From the IMG/VR virus record IMGVR_UViG_3300027754_000077: 64,000 nucleotides of DNA. One strand, written 5' to 3'. Shown one piece after another: positions 1 to 9,678 of this stretch (its first letter is position 1; every line of letters begins with the position of its first letter). A program made the translations under genes and the position numbers. The notes beneath the pieces were generated by a model, which worked only from the letters and a program-made list of their open reading frames with translations, was not told where the DNA came from and did not search any database. Source of the DNA: an uncultured virus (IMG/VR IMGVR_UViG_3300027754_000077) (lineage: Duplodnaviria > Heunggongvirae > Uroviricota > Caudoviricetes).

Positions 1-95
1 GCAGTTTTGAGAGTATATAGAGTATAAAATGAAAAAAAAAGACCTTGTTCAAAACACTAAAAATACTCTAAAAGTTGCAAGGACGGAAAAAAATT

Positions 96-1070
96 ATGCT
101 ATTTGAAGAACAATTATCGCGAAAACCAAACTTATATCCTTGGACAGAGGATTTTATCGATGTAATGGAAGAAGGTCACTGGACTGCCAAAGAATTTAAT
201 TTTCAAAGCGATTTGCATGATTATAAAGTTATTCTTACAGATGAAGAACGAGAAGTGATTAAAAATGATCTTTCTGCCATCGCGCAAATAGAAGTGGCAG
301 TCAAAAAATTTTGGTCAAAAGTTGGTGATAATTTTCCGCATCCAAGTATTAATGATCTTGGTATGGTTATGAGCCATGTTGAAGTTATTCACAATATTGC
401 TTATGAAAAACTTTTGAATGTTCTAAATTTAGATGATGTGTTTGAAGAAAACCTTAAGCTTGATATAATTAAAGGAAGAGTAAAATATCTTCGCAAGTAC
501 ACACACAGATATTATGAAAATTCTAAAAAACAATATCTTTATGCATTAGTTTTATTTACTTTATTTGTTGAAAATGTTTCTCTCTTTTCTCAATTTTACA
601 TTATTAATTGGTTTAATAGATATAAAAATGTCCTTAAAGATACGGCTCAACAAGTGGCGTACACAGCTAAAGAAGAAACTATTCACGCGCTAGTTGGAAT
701 CAAATTAATAAACACACTTAGAGAAGAATATCCAGAGCTCTTTGATGAAGAATTTGAAAAAAAAATTCTTGATGAAACTGTAGAAGCCTTTGAATGCGAA
801 GCTAAAATCGTGGATTGGATTTTGGGTGATTATAGGGGTGATAAGTTAACTCCAGATCATCTAAAGAATTTTGTCAAGGACAGACTCAATCAATCTTTGA
901 AAGCAATTGGATTTGCAGAAGTTTTTGATGATTTAGACGAAAACCTTTCCAAAGACACGGAATGGTTTGATGAAGATGTCTTAGGTAACACCAACACCGA
1001 TTTCTTTTATGCTCGTCCTGTAAATTATTCAAAAGGCAACAAGAGCTATGATGCGGAGGATTTGTTCTGA
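96..1070 (+). CDS. nrdB: Ribonucleotide reductase class I beta subunit
   Basis: Ferritin-like R2 motifs (W..EF.F..D, EVIHN.AY, EETIH, TDFF) and a DLF C-terminal tail; adjacent to the alpha subunit. ATG at 96 preferred over TTG at 75. Confidence 0.92.
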   Translation: MLFEEQLSRKPNLYPWTEDFIDVMEEGHWTAKEFNFQSDLHDYKVILTDEEREVIKNDLSAIAQIEVAVKKFWSKVGDNFPHPSINDLGMVMSHVEVIHNIAYEKLLNVLNLDDVFEENLKLDIIKGRVKYLRKYTHRYYENSKKQYLYALVLFTLFVENVSLFSQFYIINWFNRYKNVLKDTAQQVAYTAKEETIHALVGIKLINTLREEYPELFDEEFEKKILDETVEAFECEAKIVDWILGDYRGDKLTPDHLKNFVKDRLNQSLKAIGFAEVFDDLDENLSKDTEWFDEDVLGNTNTDFFYARPVNYSKGNKSYDAEDLF

Positions 1071-2719
1071 TGAGAAACATGGACTGGTTGAATGAAGATT
1101 CGCGCACATTTTTAGCTCGTGGTTATCTTAGAGAAGGTGTTTCCGCTGAAGAAAGAATCCAAGTTATTATTGAAACAGCAAGCAAATACCTTTCTAAAAT
1201 TCCTGAATTTAAAGAAAAATTTGAAGATTATTTGTCAAGAGGATTTTATTCTCTTGCTTCTCCTGTTTGGAGTAATTATGGCGAAACAAGAGGCTTGCCA
1301 ATAAGCTGCAATGGTCAATTCATTGATGATTCAATGGATGATATTCTATACAATAATAGCGAAACGGGAATGATGACCAAGTATGGCGCTGGAACATCAG
1401 CTTATTTTGGTGCTTTGCGAGGTCGTGGTACTGATATTTCAGCTGGTGGTCAATCATTTGGTGCTGTTCACTTCATGCAAATGTATGACACAACGACAAG
1501 AATTGTTAGTCAATCGAACGTAAGAAGAGGTTCATTCGCCGCGTATTATCCAGTGGAGGGTTCAGATATATATGAATTTCTTGAAATCAGAGAAAATGGA
1601 AACCCTATCCAAGACATGAGTATAGGTGTCACAATCACAGATGAGTGGATGGAAAGCATGAAATCTGGAGACAAAGAGAAACGCAAATTGTGGGCTAGAA
1701 TTATCAAAAAAAGATTTGAAACAGGATATCCTTATATTTTTTGGACTGACACAGTGAACAAAAATGCCCCAATATGGTACAGAGATAAAGGAATAAAAAT
1801 CCATGCGTCAAATTTGTGCTCAGAAATCTGTCTTCCAGCAGACACAAACAATTCATTCGTTTGTGATTTGTCATCCATGAACTTGCTATTTTATGATGAA
1901 TGGAAAAACACTGATGCTGTGGAAATTCTTACTTTTTTCTTAGATGCTGTGATGGAAGAGTACATTGAAAAAACCAAGAATTTACCTTTCATGAATAAAG
2001 CCCATAATTTTGCAAAAAACCACAGGGCTCTTGGTACGGGAGGGCTAGGATGGCATTCCTATTTACAGAGCAAATCAATTGCTTTTGAATCACTTGAGGC
2101 AAAAATTAAAAATGTTCAAATCTGGAAGTTTATTGAAGAAAAAACAAAGCAAGCCTCACAGAGAATGGCATCTTTATATGGTGAACCAGCTATGCTTAAA
2201 GGATATGGCATGCGTAATTCAACACTTGTTGCAATTGCTCCCACTACGTCTTCGTCATTCATTTTAGGTCAGGTATCTCCAAGTATTGAGCCTTTAAATT
2301 CAAACTACTTTGTTAAGGATTTAGCTAAAGGTAAATTTACTTACAGAAACCCTTACCTTAAAGAAGTGTTACAAAAATACGAAAAAGATGATAATCAAAC
2401 ATGGAAATCAGTTCTAACACATGGAGGATCAGTTCAGCATCTTGATTTTTTAAGTGAGCATGAAAAAATGGTTTTCAAAACTTTTGGAGAAATTTCACAA
2501 AAAGAAATCGTTATTCAAGCTGCTGCTCGTCAAAAATATATTGATCAAAGCCAAAGCTTGAATTTGATGATACATCCGAACACTCCATTAAAAGATGTTA
2601 ATGAATTGATGCTATTCGCATGGGAGCAAGGCATAAAGACCTTGTATTATCAACGAGGTACAAATCCTAGTCAGGAGTTAGCTAGAAATATTTTAAATTG
2701 TGTTAGTTGTGAATCTTAA
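1070..2719 (+). CDS. nrdA: Ribonucleotide reductase class I alpha subunit (short, no ATP cone)
   Basis: LPISC, SNLCSEI (catalytic Cys), AIAPTTSSS, DQSQSLN, KTLYY and C-terminal CVSCES motifs. Confidence 0.95.
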   Translation: MRNMDWLNEDSRTFLARGYLREGVSAEERIQVIIETASKYLSKIPEFKEKFEDYLSRGFYSLASPVWSNYGETRGLPISCNGQFIDDSMDDILYNNSETGMMTKYGAGTSAYFGALRGRGTDISAGGQSFGAVHFMQMYDTTTRIVSQSNVRRGSFAAYYPVEGSDIYEFLEIRENGNPIQDMSIGVTITDEWMESMKSGDKEKRKLWARIIKKRFETGYPYIFWTDTVNKNAPIWYRDKGIKIHASNLCSEICLPADTNNSFVCDLSSMNLLFYDEWKNTDAVEILTFFLDAVMEEYIEKTKNLPFMNKAHNFAKNHRALGTGGLGWHSYLQSKSIAFESLEAKIKNVQIWKFIEEKTKQASQRMASLYGEPAMLKGYGMRNSTLVAIAPTTSSSFILGQVSPSIEPLNSNYFVKDLAKGKFTYRNPYLKEVLQKYEKDDNQTWKSVLTHGGSVQHLDFLSEHEKMVFKTFGEISQKEIVIQAAARQKYIDQSQSLNLMIHPNTPLKDVNELMLFAWEQGIKTLYYQRGTNPSQELARNILNCVSCES

Positions 2720-2727
2720 AGGAAAAA

Positions 2728-3123
2728 ATGAATACACCACAGTATGAATCGAAAGTAGTAAAAATATTAGACGCACAAGTTGAACAAGAGCTTGGAGATA
2801 AAGACAATCCAAAATTTGTTCAAACTCTCAAACTTTTACTTCAAGATGTTGAAACTTTCGTAGTGTTTCAAACTACATTGTCAGAAGAAGACTTGAGAAA
2901 AATTGTGCGTTCCTCTTCACCACTCACAAGCAAACAATTAATTGATATTTCTCTTTTACTTAGAGATAGACAGGATCCGTTAAGATTAATGGTTCCTGTT
3001 TCATCAACAGAAGTTACTGTCAACGATATTCTAAAAGATAGTCAACCAGCAAAAAGAAAAAGAAAAAGAAGAAACAGAAAAAAAGTATATCAAAACGCTA
3101 ATTCAAATCGTAAAATTAATTGA
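2728..3123 (+). CDS. Hypothetical protein with highly basic C-terminus
   Basis: ORF with AAGGA RBS inside the operon; KRKRKRRNRKK tail. Confidence 0.6.
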   Translation: MNTPQYESKVVKILDAQVEQELGDKDNPKFVQTLKLLLQDVETFVVFQTTLSEEDLRKIVRSSSPLTSKQLIDISLLLRDRQDPLRLMVPVSSTEVTVNDILKDSQPAKRKRKRRNRKKVYQNANSNRKIN

Positions 3124-3575
3124 TGGATAATTACATTGAATTAGCATTACGAACAGATCCCTCTCCAGAGCAATACAAAATAATTGCGAAAAGATATGAA
3201 CAGCCAAATATAATGCGCCTTGAACATGCATTAAAAGGGATTGTTACAGAAGCTGGTGAGCTAATGGATCAATTAAAAAAACACATTGTTTATGGTAAAG
3301 AACTTGATTTAGTTAACTTAGCTGAAGAATGTGGTGACGTATTTTGGTATTTGGCTTTGTGCGTTACATGCTTAGCTGAACTTATGGACAGAGATCCTGC
3401 TGAGCTAGAAAACTCAATCAAAGAAACAAACATTGCAAAGTTAAAAGCTAGATATCCTGAAAAATTTACAGAATCTAATGCAGTTATTAGAAATTTAGAA
3501 ATAGAACGTGATATTTTGGATACAATCGAAGAAACTCAAAAAATGATTAGAAGAGGAGATGTTGGCAATGCCTAA
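3123..3575 (+). CDS. MazG-like NTP pyrophosphohydrolase
   Basis: GIVTEAGELMDQLKK...EECGDVFWY and NIAKLKARYP motifs typical of phage MazG-like proteins. Confidence 0.85.
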   Translation: MDNYIELALRTDPSPEQYKIIAKRYEQPNIMRLEHALKGIVTEAGELMDQLKKHIVYGKELDLVNLAEECGDVFWYLALCVTCLAELMDRDPAELENSIKETNIAKLKARYPEKFTESNAVIRNLEIERDILDTIEETQKMIRRGDVGNA

Positions 3576-4047
3576 AGAAATTCACTATACAGAATCTAAA
3601 GAACTTAAAAAATTGGCTGAAGATTTAAAAGCAAAATACATTAATGTTGTTGGCTATGTTGAAATAGACAAAATATTTTTTGCTTTTAAAGGGGGAGATG
3701 TTGATGCAAATTTTTCTTATGCAATTCAGGGATTAAAAAACGATTGGATAAAACATACTAAAAGCACGACAGAAGAACCTAAAGTATATTGCATCTCAAT
3801 GTCTTATGACTTTTATCAAAAAACTCTTGGTTCTCAACAAGAATGGATTATGATTGAGTGTTTATATTCTTGCCACCCAACTATGGATGGTAAACTAAGA
3901 AGAAAAAATGTTCACGAGTTTAGTAGGTTTTTGAAAACTTTAGAAGACATTGGTGAAACTTTTTCATGGAGAGAAAATGGGCATTTACCTTCATTGCTAG
4001 GTGATGAAACAATTGTTTTTGCTTTGGAGGAAGATGACTCTATATAA
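3568..4047 (+). CDS. Hypothetical protein; weak resemblance to putative phage metallopeptidase family, without an intact HExxH
   Basis: Overall layout and RKNVHEF motif only; metal motif degenerate. Confidence 0.35.
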   Translation: MPKEIHYTESKELKKLAEDLKAKYINVVGYVEIDKIFFAFKGGDVDANFSYAIQGLKNDWIKHTKSTTEEPKVYCISMSYDFYQKTLGSQQEWIMIECLYSCHPTMDGKLRRKNVHEFSRFLKTLEDIGETFSWRENGHLPSLLGDETIVFALEEDDSI

Positions 4048-5011
4048 TAAATATCGCCCAAAATCTTTTAATAATTTAGTTCAAAGTAAATTCAATAAAG
4101 GTTTTGAAAAGAGTTCACTTAGTCACCATGCTTATATGTTTTTTGGTTCACCTGGTACTGGAAAAACATCAACAGCTAGATTGTGTATGGCTGAGTTTTT
4201 AAATAATGAACACAAACATTTAGCCATATCAGGCACTCATCCTGATTACATTGAGATAAACTGTGCCGTCAATAATGGAGTTGATGATATAAGAAATATT
4301 GTTACTGACAAAGTGAACACCATGCCGATACAAAGTGATGTTAAGTTTATTGTTTTTGATGAATGTCATATGCTAACAACACAATCCCAGAATGCTCTAT
4401 TAAAAACAGTAGAGGAACCACCAAGCCATGTAAAGTTTTTCTTCTGTACTACAGAAGTTAATAAAGTATTACCAGCGATTAGATCACGATGTCAAATGAC
4501 ACCTTTTATTAAATTAAATGAAAAGTCTTTAATTAAAATTTTAGAAGACATTTGTAAAGGTGAAAACTTCACACACAATTCTGAATCACTGAAGTTGATT
4601 GCAACTTGTGCAGATGGCTCTGCAAGGTCTGCTATTAACCTTTTAGAACAATGTTCCTCTGTTTTAGAAAATCCAGATTCTGTAGCTCAAATTGTTGGGA
4701 CATCTAGTGAGAAAAATTTCTTGAATTTAACAAAATTTATTTGTGAAAAAAATAAAAATCAAAGTTTAATTTTAATGGAAGAAATATTTAATAGCTCAAT
4801 AGACCCAAATAGTTTAATGAATAAGTATGCTGATTTTATTGCAGATCAAATTCTTTTACGTGTTGAAAATGCAGCAAATTGTCAATTTGAAGGCAAAAAA
4901 CTTTTAATCATAGCAGATTGTGTCACGGATATTTTGAAAGATTTTAAAATTTTGCAAAATATAAAACTTATTTCAAAAATAAACGTATTAAAAGCAATAG
5001 AAAAAATGTGA
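4034..5011 (+). CDS. dnaX: DNA polymerase III gamma/tau-like clamp loader ATPase
   Basis: LYNKYRPKSF N-terminus, Walker A GSPGTGKTS, DECHML, NALLKTVEEPP, SRCQ; GGAGG RBS before ATG 4034. Confidence 0.92.
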   Translation: MTLYNKYRPKSFNNLVQSKFNKGFEKSSLSHHAYMFFGSPGTGKTSTARLCMAEFLNNEHKHLAISGTHPDYIEINCAVNNGVDDIRNIVTDKVNTMPIQSDVKFIVFDECHMLTTQSQNALLKTVEEPPSHVKFFFCTTEVNKVLPAIRSRCQMTPFIKLNEKSLIKILEDICKGENFTHNSESLKLIATCADGSARSAINLLEQCSSVLENPDSVAQIVGTSSEKNFLNLTKFICEKNKNQSLILMEEIFNSSIDPNSLMNKYADFIADQILLRVENAANCQFEGKKLLIIADCVTDILKDFKILQNIKLISKINVLKAIEKM

Positions 5012-5041
5012 TTTACAGATTTTATTTGTAAAATACATTTG

Positions 5042-5761
5042 ATGGTTGAAACAGATCAAATTCTTCACGCTCTTGTCGTTAAAGCTAAAAATGGTGATCA
5101 AAGGTCATTTGATCAAATTTTAGAAATTCTCGACTCAGACATCAAAAAATTAGCCCATAAATATTACATCGTAGGAAGCGATGAAAATGATGTAATTCAA
5201 GAATGTCGAATTGGTGTTTGGAAAGCAGTGAAAGATTTTGATGATTCAATGGGGATGACTTTTAAAAACTTTAGTTTAAGTTTATGTTGTAAAAGGCATT
5301 TAATTACTGCAATGTCGCATGCCAATACTCAGAAATTTAAATTACAAAATGAAGCAGTAAGTTTGAGCGCGCCTGTGTCTCAAAACGAAGAAGATGGAGT
5401 TCAAACTTATGCTGACTACATACCTGATCATAATTCGGATTTACTTGAGAACTTTATTATTCAAGAAGAATTTGATACCAATCTAGAATTAATTTCAGAC
5501 AAACTAACTAAACTTGAAATGTCTATTTTCACACAGTATGCGTTTAATTCTTCATACAAAGATATTGCTAAAGCACTTGATGTAAAACCAAAAACAGTAG
5601 ATAATGCTCTTATGAGAATTCGTAAAAAATCCAATGAAACATATCAAGTTTATTTATCTACGCATTCGCAAATTAATGTCGGTATAACAACGTATATTAA
5701 TTTACATGAAAGCGAAATTATACAAGAATTCATTGGAATTAGCACTTTCTCGGTGTTTTGA
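5042..5761 (+). CDS. RNA polymerase sigma factor, SigH-like
   Basis: DVIQECRIGVWKAVKDFD (region 2) and SYKDIAKALDVKPKTVDNALMRIRKK (region 4) closely follow the SigH pattern. Confidence 0.88.
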   Translation: MVETDQILHALVVKAKNGDQRSFDQILEILDSDIKKLAHKYYIVGSDENDVIQECRIGVWKAVKDFDDSMGMTFKNFSLSLCCKRHLITAMSHANTQKFKLQNEAVSLSAPVSQNEEDGVQTYADYIPDHNSDLLENFIIQEEFDTNLELISDKLTKLEMSIFTQYAFNSSYKDIAKALDVKPKTVDNALMRIRKKSNETYQVYLSTHSQINVGITTYINLHESEIIQEFIGISTFSVF

Positions 5762-6803
5762 TGCCTGTGAGAAAAAAACATCTGAGTCATTAACTCAGTT
5801 TTTATTTCAAGATGATAAATTAATTCTTTCAACAAAGGGCTCTTTCACATTTTATGAAGAATCAATTTCTTTTATTGAATGCTCTGAAAATATTTCTTTT
5901 AGTGTAAAAACTGCAACAATTTTGGAATTTGTCAAGCATGTATCTTCTGATTACATTTTATTAAATTTTGATAGCGAAAAACAATCCTGCCTGGTTTCAA
6001 GTTCTGATAAAAAAACTAAAATTGGTTTACAAGTTTCTGATGCTGTTTTTGAAAATAATGTAAGTTCAGATTATGTTGCAGAGTTTAAATTAGAAAATCC
6101 ACACGAGTTTATTTCAAAGTTAAGCTTTGCATCAAAATTTTGTTCGAATAATTTCCAGGATCATCCACTTACTGCTATCCATTGTTATGCTGATGTTGAT
6201 AATTTTGAAATAAAAGCAACTAATGGACCATCATTTTATAAATCAAGTTTAAAAATTGTAAATAAAAATTCAATTGAAGTTTTTATTCCTAAAAAATCTC
6301 CTGCAATTATTAAAAACATTTTTGGCGAAAACCCATTGAGTAAATGCTGTATTAACAATAAATGCCTATATATAGAATCAAATGATTGCAAGCTAACAAT
6401 TTATATAGAAAAAGCTGAAAAAGATTCTTTTCCGAATCAGATTCTTGAATTCATCAGTAAGCCATCTGAGGCTTCTGTGAAAGTTTCAACTTATGAATTA
6501 TCAAAAACTTTAAAATTTTTCAATGGTGTCTTTTTAGATTCTTCTGTTAACTTTAATGTTAAAAATGAAAGTTTGAATTTAGAATCTAAAGAAAATTCTC
6601 TGGCAGCAAAAGAAACAGTTACAGTAGAATCTTGCAATGGTGAAGCTTCTTCTGCTTATATTGCTAAAACTTTCATGGACTGTTTAGATTCCTTGCAAGC
6701 ATCTTGGGTTAACTTAGATTTTATAAACATGAAAGAATCGTTCTTCATTTGTAAACTAACCCATGACAAAACAACAATACTATTATGCCCAACTACATTT
6801 TAG
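5706..6803 (+). CDS. Putative DNA sliding clamp (DnaN/beta-like), divergent
   Basis: 365 aa (beta-clamp size), ATNG motif similar to ATDG, C-terminal LLCP similar to LIMP; next to dnaX. Confidence 0.65.
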   Translation: MKAKLYKNSLELALSRCFDACEKKTSESLTQFLFQDDKLILSTKGSFTFYEESISFIECSENISFSVKTATILEFVKHVSSDYILLNFDSEKQSCLVSSSDKKTKIGLQVSDAVFENNVSSDYVAEFKLENPHEFISKLSFASKFCSNNFQDHPLTAIHCYADVDNFEIKATNGPSFYKSSLKIVNKNSIEVFIPKKSPAIIKNIFGENPLSKCCINNKCLYIESNDCKLTIYIEKAEKDSFPNQILEFISKPSEASVKVSTYELSKTLKFFNGVFLDSSVNFNVKNESLNLESKENSLAAKETVTVESCNGEASSAYIAKTFMDCLDSLQASWVNLDFINMKESFFICKLTHDKTTILLCPTTF

Positions 6804-7630
6804 AAGGAGAATCATATTTTGTTTTATCAGAGCTTGAAAAAATAGTCTCCGATAAAAAAATTAACATTAACCCTGAAAAAGTTAATTCTTTTTCATTTTT
6901 AGATACTGTTGATTTTTATGTGTTTTTTGACCCAGATAAAGAAACAATTGAGAAAATTAATTTTGATAATTTTATATTGTGCTTTATGGATAAAAACTTA
7001 GATTTAAGGCTTGATTATGTAAAAAAAATTAAACAAAAATCCAATCATTTAACGTTTGATCCCATTCCTACTACAGATTTTATTAGTTTGAAAGCGATTT
7101 TCCCAAATATTAAAACAGAAAATCTCTTACCATCAAAGAAAGCAAACTTAAAATTTAAAGGCAGTAAGCAAAATTATGAATGGTATGACCTTTGCTTAAT
7201 TAATGATCTTTATGATTTTGATCAACAAGTGTATGGTTTAATTTTTGATTCATACTTTGATATTTGGAAATTTACTGAAGAATTATGGTCAGGTGATGTA
7301 AATTGCTTGAAACAAATTAAATATATAAATGAAAATAATTTCGAAGATTATTTCAACCGCATTAGAGAAACGTCAAAAGATTACATTGAGGTAATTCAAA
7401 CACAATCTAAAAATTTTTATGAACACAAATCTAAATTTGCCTCCACCTCAGTTAACAATCAGTTTAGATATGATAAAGTGAAAGAAAAACTGAATAAAAT
7501 AAATTCAAGTTCTCACCATTTAATATTAAGTTTAACTGAAAATTGCTTAAAAAATGTAAGATTGGGTTCAAACCCGAAATTAGAACTAATAAAATTATTT
7601 TTTAAATTTAAGCAACATGTATCAAGATGA
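6785..7630 (+). CDS. Putative clamp loader delta subunit (HolA-like), divergent
   Basis: N-terminal YILEGESYFV and C-terminal LGSNPKLELIKLF resemble HolA; context with dnaX and clamp. Confidence 0.5.
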   Translation: MPNYILEGESYFVLSELEKIVSDKKININPEKVNSFSFLDTVDFYVFFDPDKETIEKINFDNFILCFMDKNLDLRLDYVKKIKQKSNHLTFDPIPTTDFISLKAIFPNIKTENLLPSKKANLKFKGSKQNYEWYDLCLINDLYDFDQQVYGLIFDSYFDIWKFTEELWSGDVNCLKQIKYINENNFEDYFNRIRETSKDYIEVIQTQSKNFYEHKSKFASTSVNNQFRYDKVKEKLNKINSSSHHLILSLTENCLKNVRLGSNPKLELIKLFFKFKQHVSR

Positions 7631-8180
7631 TTATTTACATATAGACTCTTTAGTTGAAAAAGTTAAAGAGAAAAATACTGACGCACTTTGGGAATTATTT
7701 GAATTCTATAAACCAATAGTAAATGTTTGTGTAAACAAAGTTCACTCAAGATACAAAACAATAGAAAAAGATGATTTGTTTTCTGAATGCATATTTATTT
7801 TTAAAGACTTATGTGAAAAGTATGACAAAGATAAAAGTTATTTCTCATATTATCTTGATACTAGACTGCAACCCTATTTAATTTCAAAAGTAAAATCAAA
7901 ATATGTTGATAAAATTAACTTAGTAACATTAAACGAAGCGGAGCATTATGAGCAAGAGGAATTTTCATATTTTTTTGAAGGCAATCCTGCATTAGATGAA
8001 GCACTTAATAGTTTACCTGAAAAAACTAAACATATAATTGATTTATTTTATTTCAAAAATCTAACACAATCTGAATGTGCAGTCATACTGAATATCTCCC
8101 AGCCAGCTTTTAATAAAAAATTACACAATGCTTTAGAAATTTTAAGAAAAAAATTAAAAAAAAGTTATAAATCCTCATAG
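7617..8180 (+). CDS. RNA polymerase sigma-70 family factor (regions 2 and 4 only)
   Basis: ALWELFEFYKPIV, DDLFSE, YDKDK..FSYY; region 4 LNSLPEK...LTQSECAVILNISQPAF. Confidence 0.85.
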   Translation: MYQDDYLHIDSLVEKVKEKNTDALWELFEFYKPIVNVCVNKVHSRYKTIEKDDLFSECIFIFKDLCEKYDKDKSYFSYYLDTRLQPYLISKVKSKYVDKINLVTLNEAEHYEQEEFSYFFEGNPALDEALNSLPEKTKHIIDLFYFKNLTQSECAVILNISQPAFNKKLHNALEILRKKLKKSYKSS

Positions 8181-8208
8181 ACAAAATTATTATGTATTAA
8201 GGGTCATT

Positions 8209-8928
8209 ATGAATTCTACAGATTTTGAAATTTTTTACAACTGGAATAACTTAAACCGAACAAACGACAAAATACAATTACGCACCATTCAATCTAGAAT
8301 GGCGCCTTTACTTGAAAGAAAAGCTTTTACTTTACCTGAAATTGAAGAAATTTTAATTGCAGAGGGTTATAAAGAATCACTTGTAAAAGAGGCTATGCAG
8401 GCTAACAATAAAATCAGCGAAGCAGATCTTGAAATGAGTGTTGAAGCGGCAAATGGTGTGCCAAAGAAATATTCTGATATTTCGCACAAGTTTGAAAAAG
8501 TTTTGCAAGCACATGGTCCAACTAAATTTGTGAAACTTATGACTGAAGGCGAAAATCCTCTGCTTAAAATTTCTAAAAAAGAACGAGAAACTTTTCAAAA
8601 AATTGCAGATGTTGCTTACGAAAACCCAGTTCAACTAACAACCATGCATGCTTTTATTCAACCATCAATAATTTCTGAGCTTGCCGAAAATGTTTGTAGA
8701 GCAAGAAGAATTGCCCAAAAATGTAGCGTTGTAAAAACAGCAAAAGGCAATTTTACAATTACTCACAATGGAAAAAAAATAGAGGCATCAATCAAACCAG
8801 TGGAATCAACTTCAGAAAAATTTGCAAAATCTAACTATGGTGTTTTTGGTTTCCCCGACGAATATGTAATTTTAGCCTACGAACACAATTCTCCTTACGC
8901 TGAAATTAAAAAAGATTTAGGTCTTTAA
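8209..8928 (+). CDS. Hypothetical protein
   Basis: 239-aa ORF with genome-typical composition. Confidence 0.6.
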   Translation: MNSTDFEIFYNWNNLNRTNDKIQLRTIQSRMAPLLERKAFTLPEIEEILIAEGYKESLVKEAMQANNKISEADLEMSVEAANGVPKKYSDISHKFEKVLQAHGPTKFVKLMTEGENPLLKISKKERETFQKIADVAYENPVQLTTMHAFIQPSIISELAENVCRARRIAQKCSVVKTAKGNFTITHNGKKIEASIKPVESTSEKFAKSNYGVFGFPDEYVILAYEHNSPYAEIKKDLGL

Positions 8929-8930
8929 CT

Positions 8931-8964
8931 TTTATACAGGCTAAAATGAATTAGCCTGTATAAA
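8931..8964. terminator. Perfect 14-bp inverted repeat (possible terminator, overlapping a putative -10 element)
   Basis: TTTATACAGGCTAA-AATGAA-TTAGCCTGTATAAA between two genes. Confidence 0.5.
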
Positions 8965-8970
8965 TCTATT

Positions 8971-9678
8971 ATGCAACAAAACGAAAGTTACGAAATTTCT
9001 CCATTAATTGAAAACATCATCCTTGATGAAACTGTTGCTAATAATCCAATAGATGTAGAAAATCCAAATATTGTCTTATTCAGCTCATTAAAAGCAGACG
9101 CCAAACCAGTAAAGCCTTACAAGATAAATGTTTCTGGAATTGAATATCCACAGCTTTTTTCACCAAAATGTGCAATTTGTAATTCACCGCATAGAACTCT
9201 GTTAGAACATGCTTACATTGATTGTGGTAAGAAAGTAAATACTACAATTAAGTTTTTTGAAGAGCATTTTAACGCTAAATTAAATTGGACTCAAGTAAAG
9301 CAGCATGTCAAATATCATTGTGATTTCAACAAAATAGAAACCCCAGGATTATTAGATTACGAAGGAAGAGAGGAAGAACTATCAAAGTGGAGATATCGCG
9401 AATTTGAATTAGTCTTAACAGCATTAATGGTTGAGCTAAATGATGTAAGAGGAATAAATGCCAGAACTGCTGATGAAATAATTAAAAGATCATCAATGAT
9501 TGAAAAAATTACAAGACAAATAATGTTAGTAAAAGAAAAAAGAGACGAAAGCTCGCACGATTTATCAAAGTTTAATGTATTTGAAGTTTTGCACGATTTA
9601 TTTCATCTTATGGTTAGCGATGAGGATAAAAGAATCATAATGGAAAAAACAAGAGAATTAAGGCAATCAATTGAATAA
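8971..9678 (+). CDS. Candidate terminase small subunit (Zn-binding motif)
   Basis: Directly upstream of and coupled to TerL; CAIC...H...HC motif and helical C-terminus. Confidence 0.5.
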   Translation: MQQNESYEISPLIENIILDETVANNPIDVENPNIVLFSSLKADAKPVKPYKINVSGIEYPQLFSPKCAICNSPHRTLLEHAYIDCGKKVNTTIKFFEEHFNAKLNWTQVKQHVKYHCDFNKIETPGLLDYEGREEELSKWRYREFELVLTALMVELNDVRGINARTADEIIKRSSMIEKITRQIMLVKEKRDESSHDLSKFNVFEVLHDLFHLMVSDEDKRIIMEKTRELRQSIE

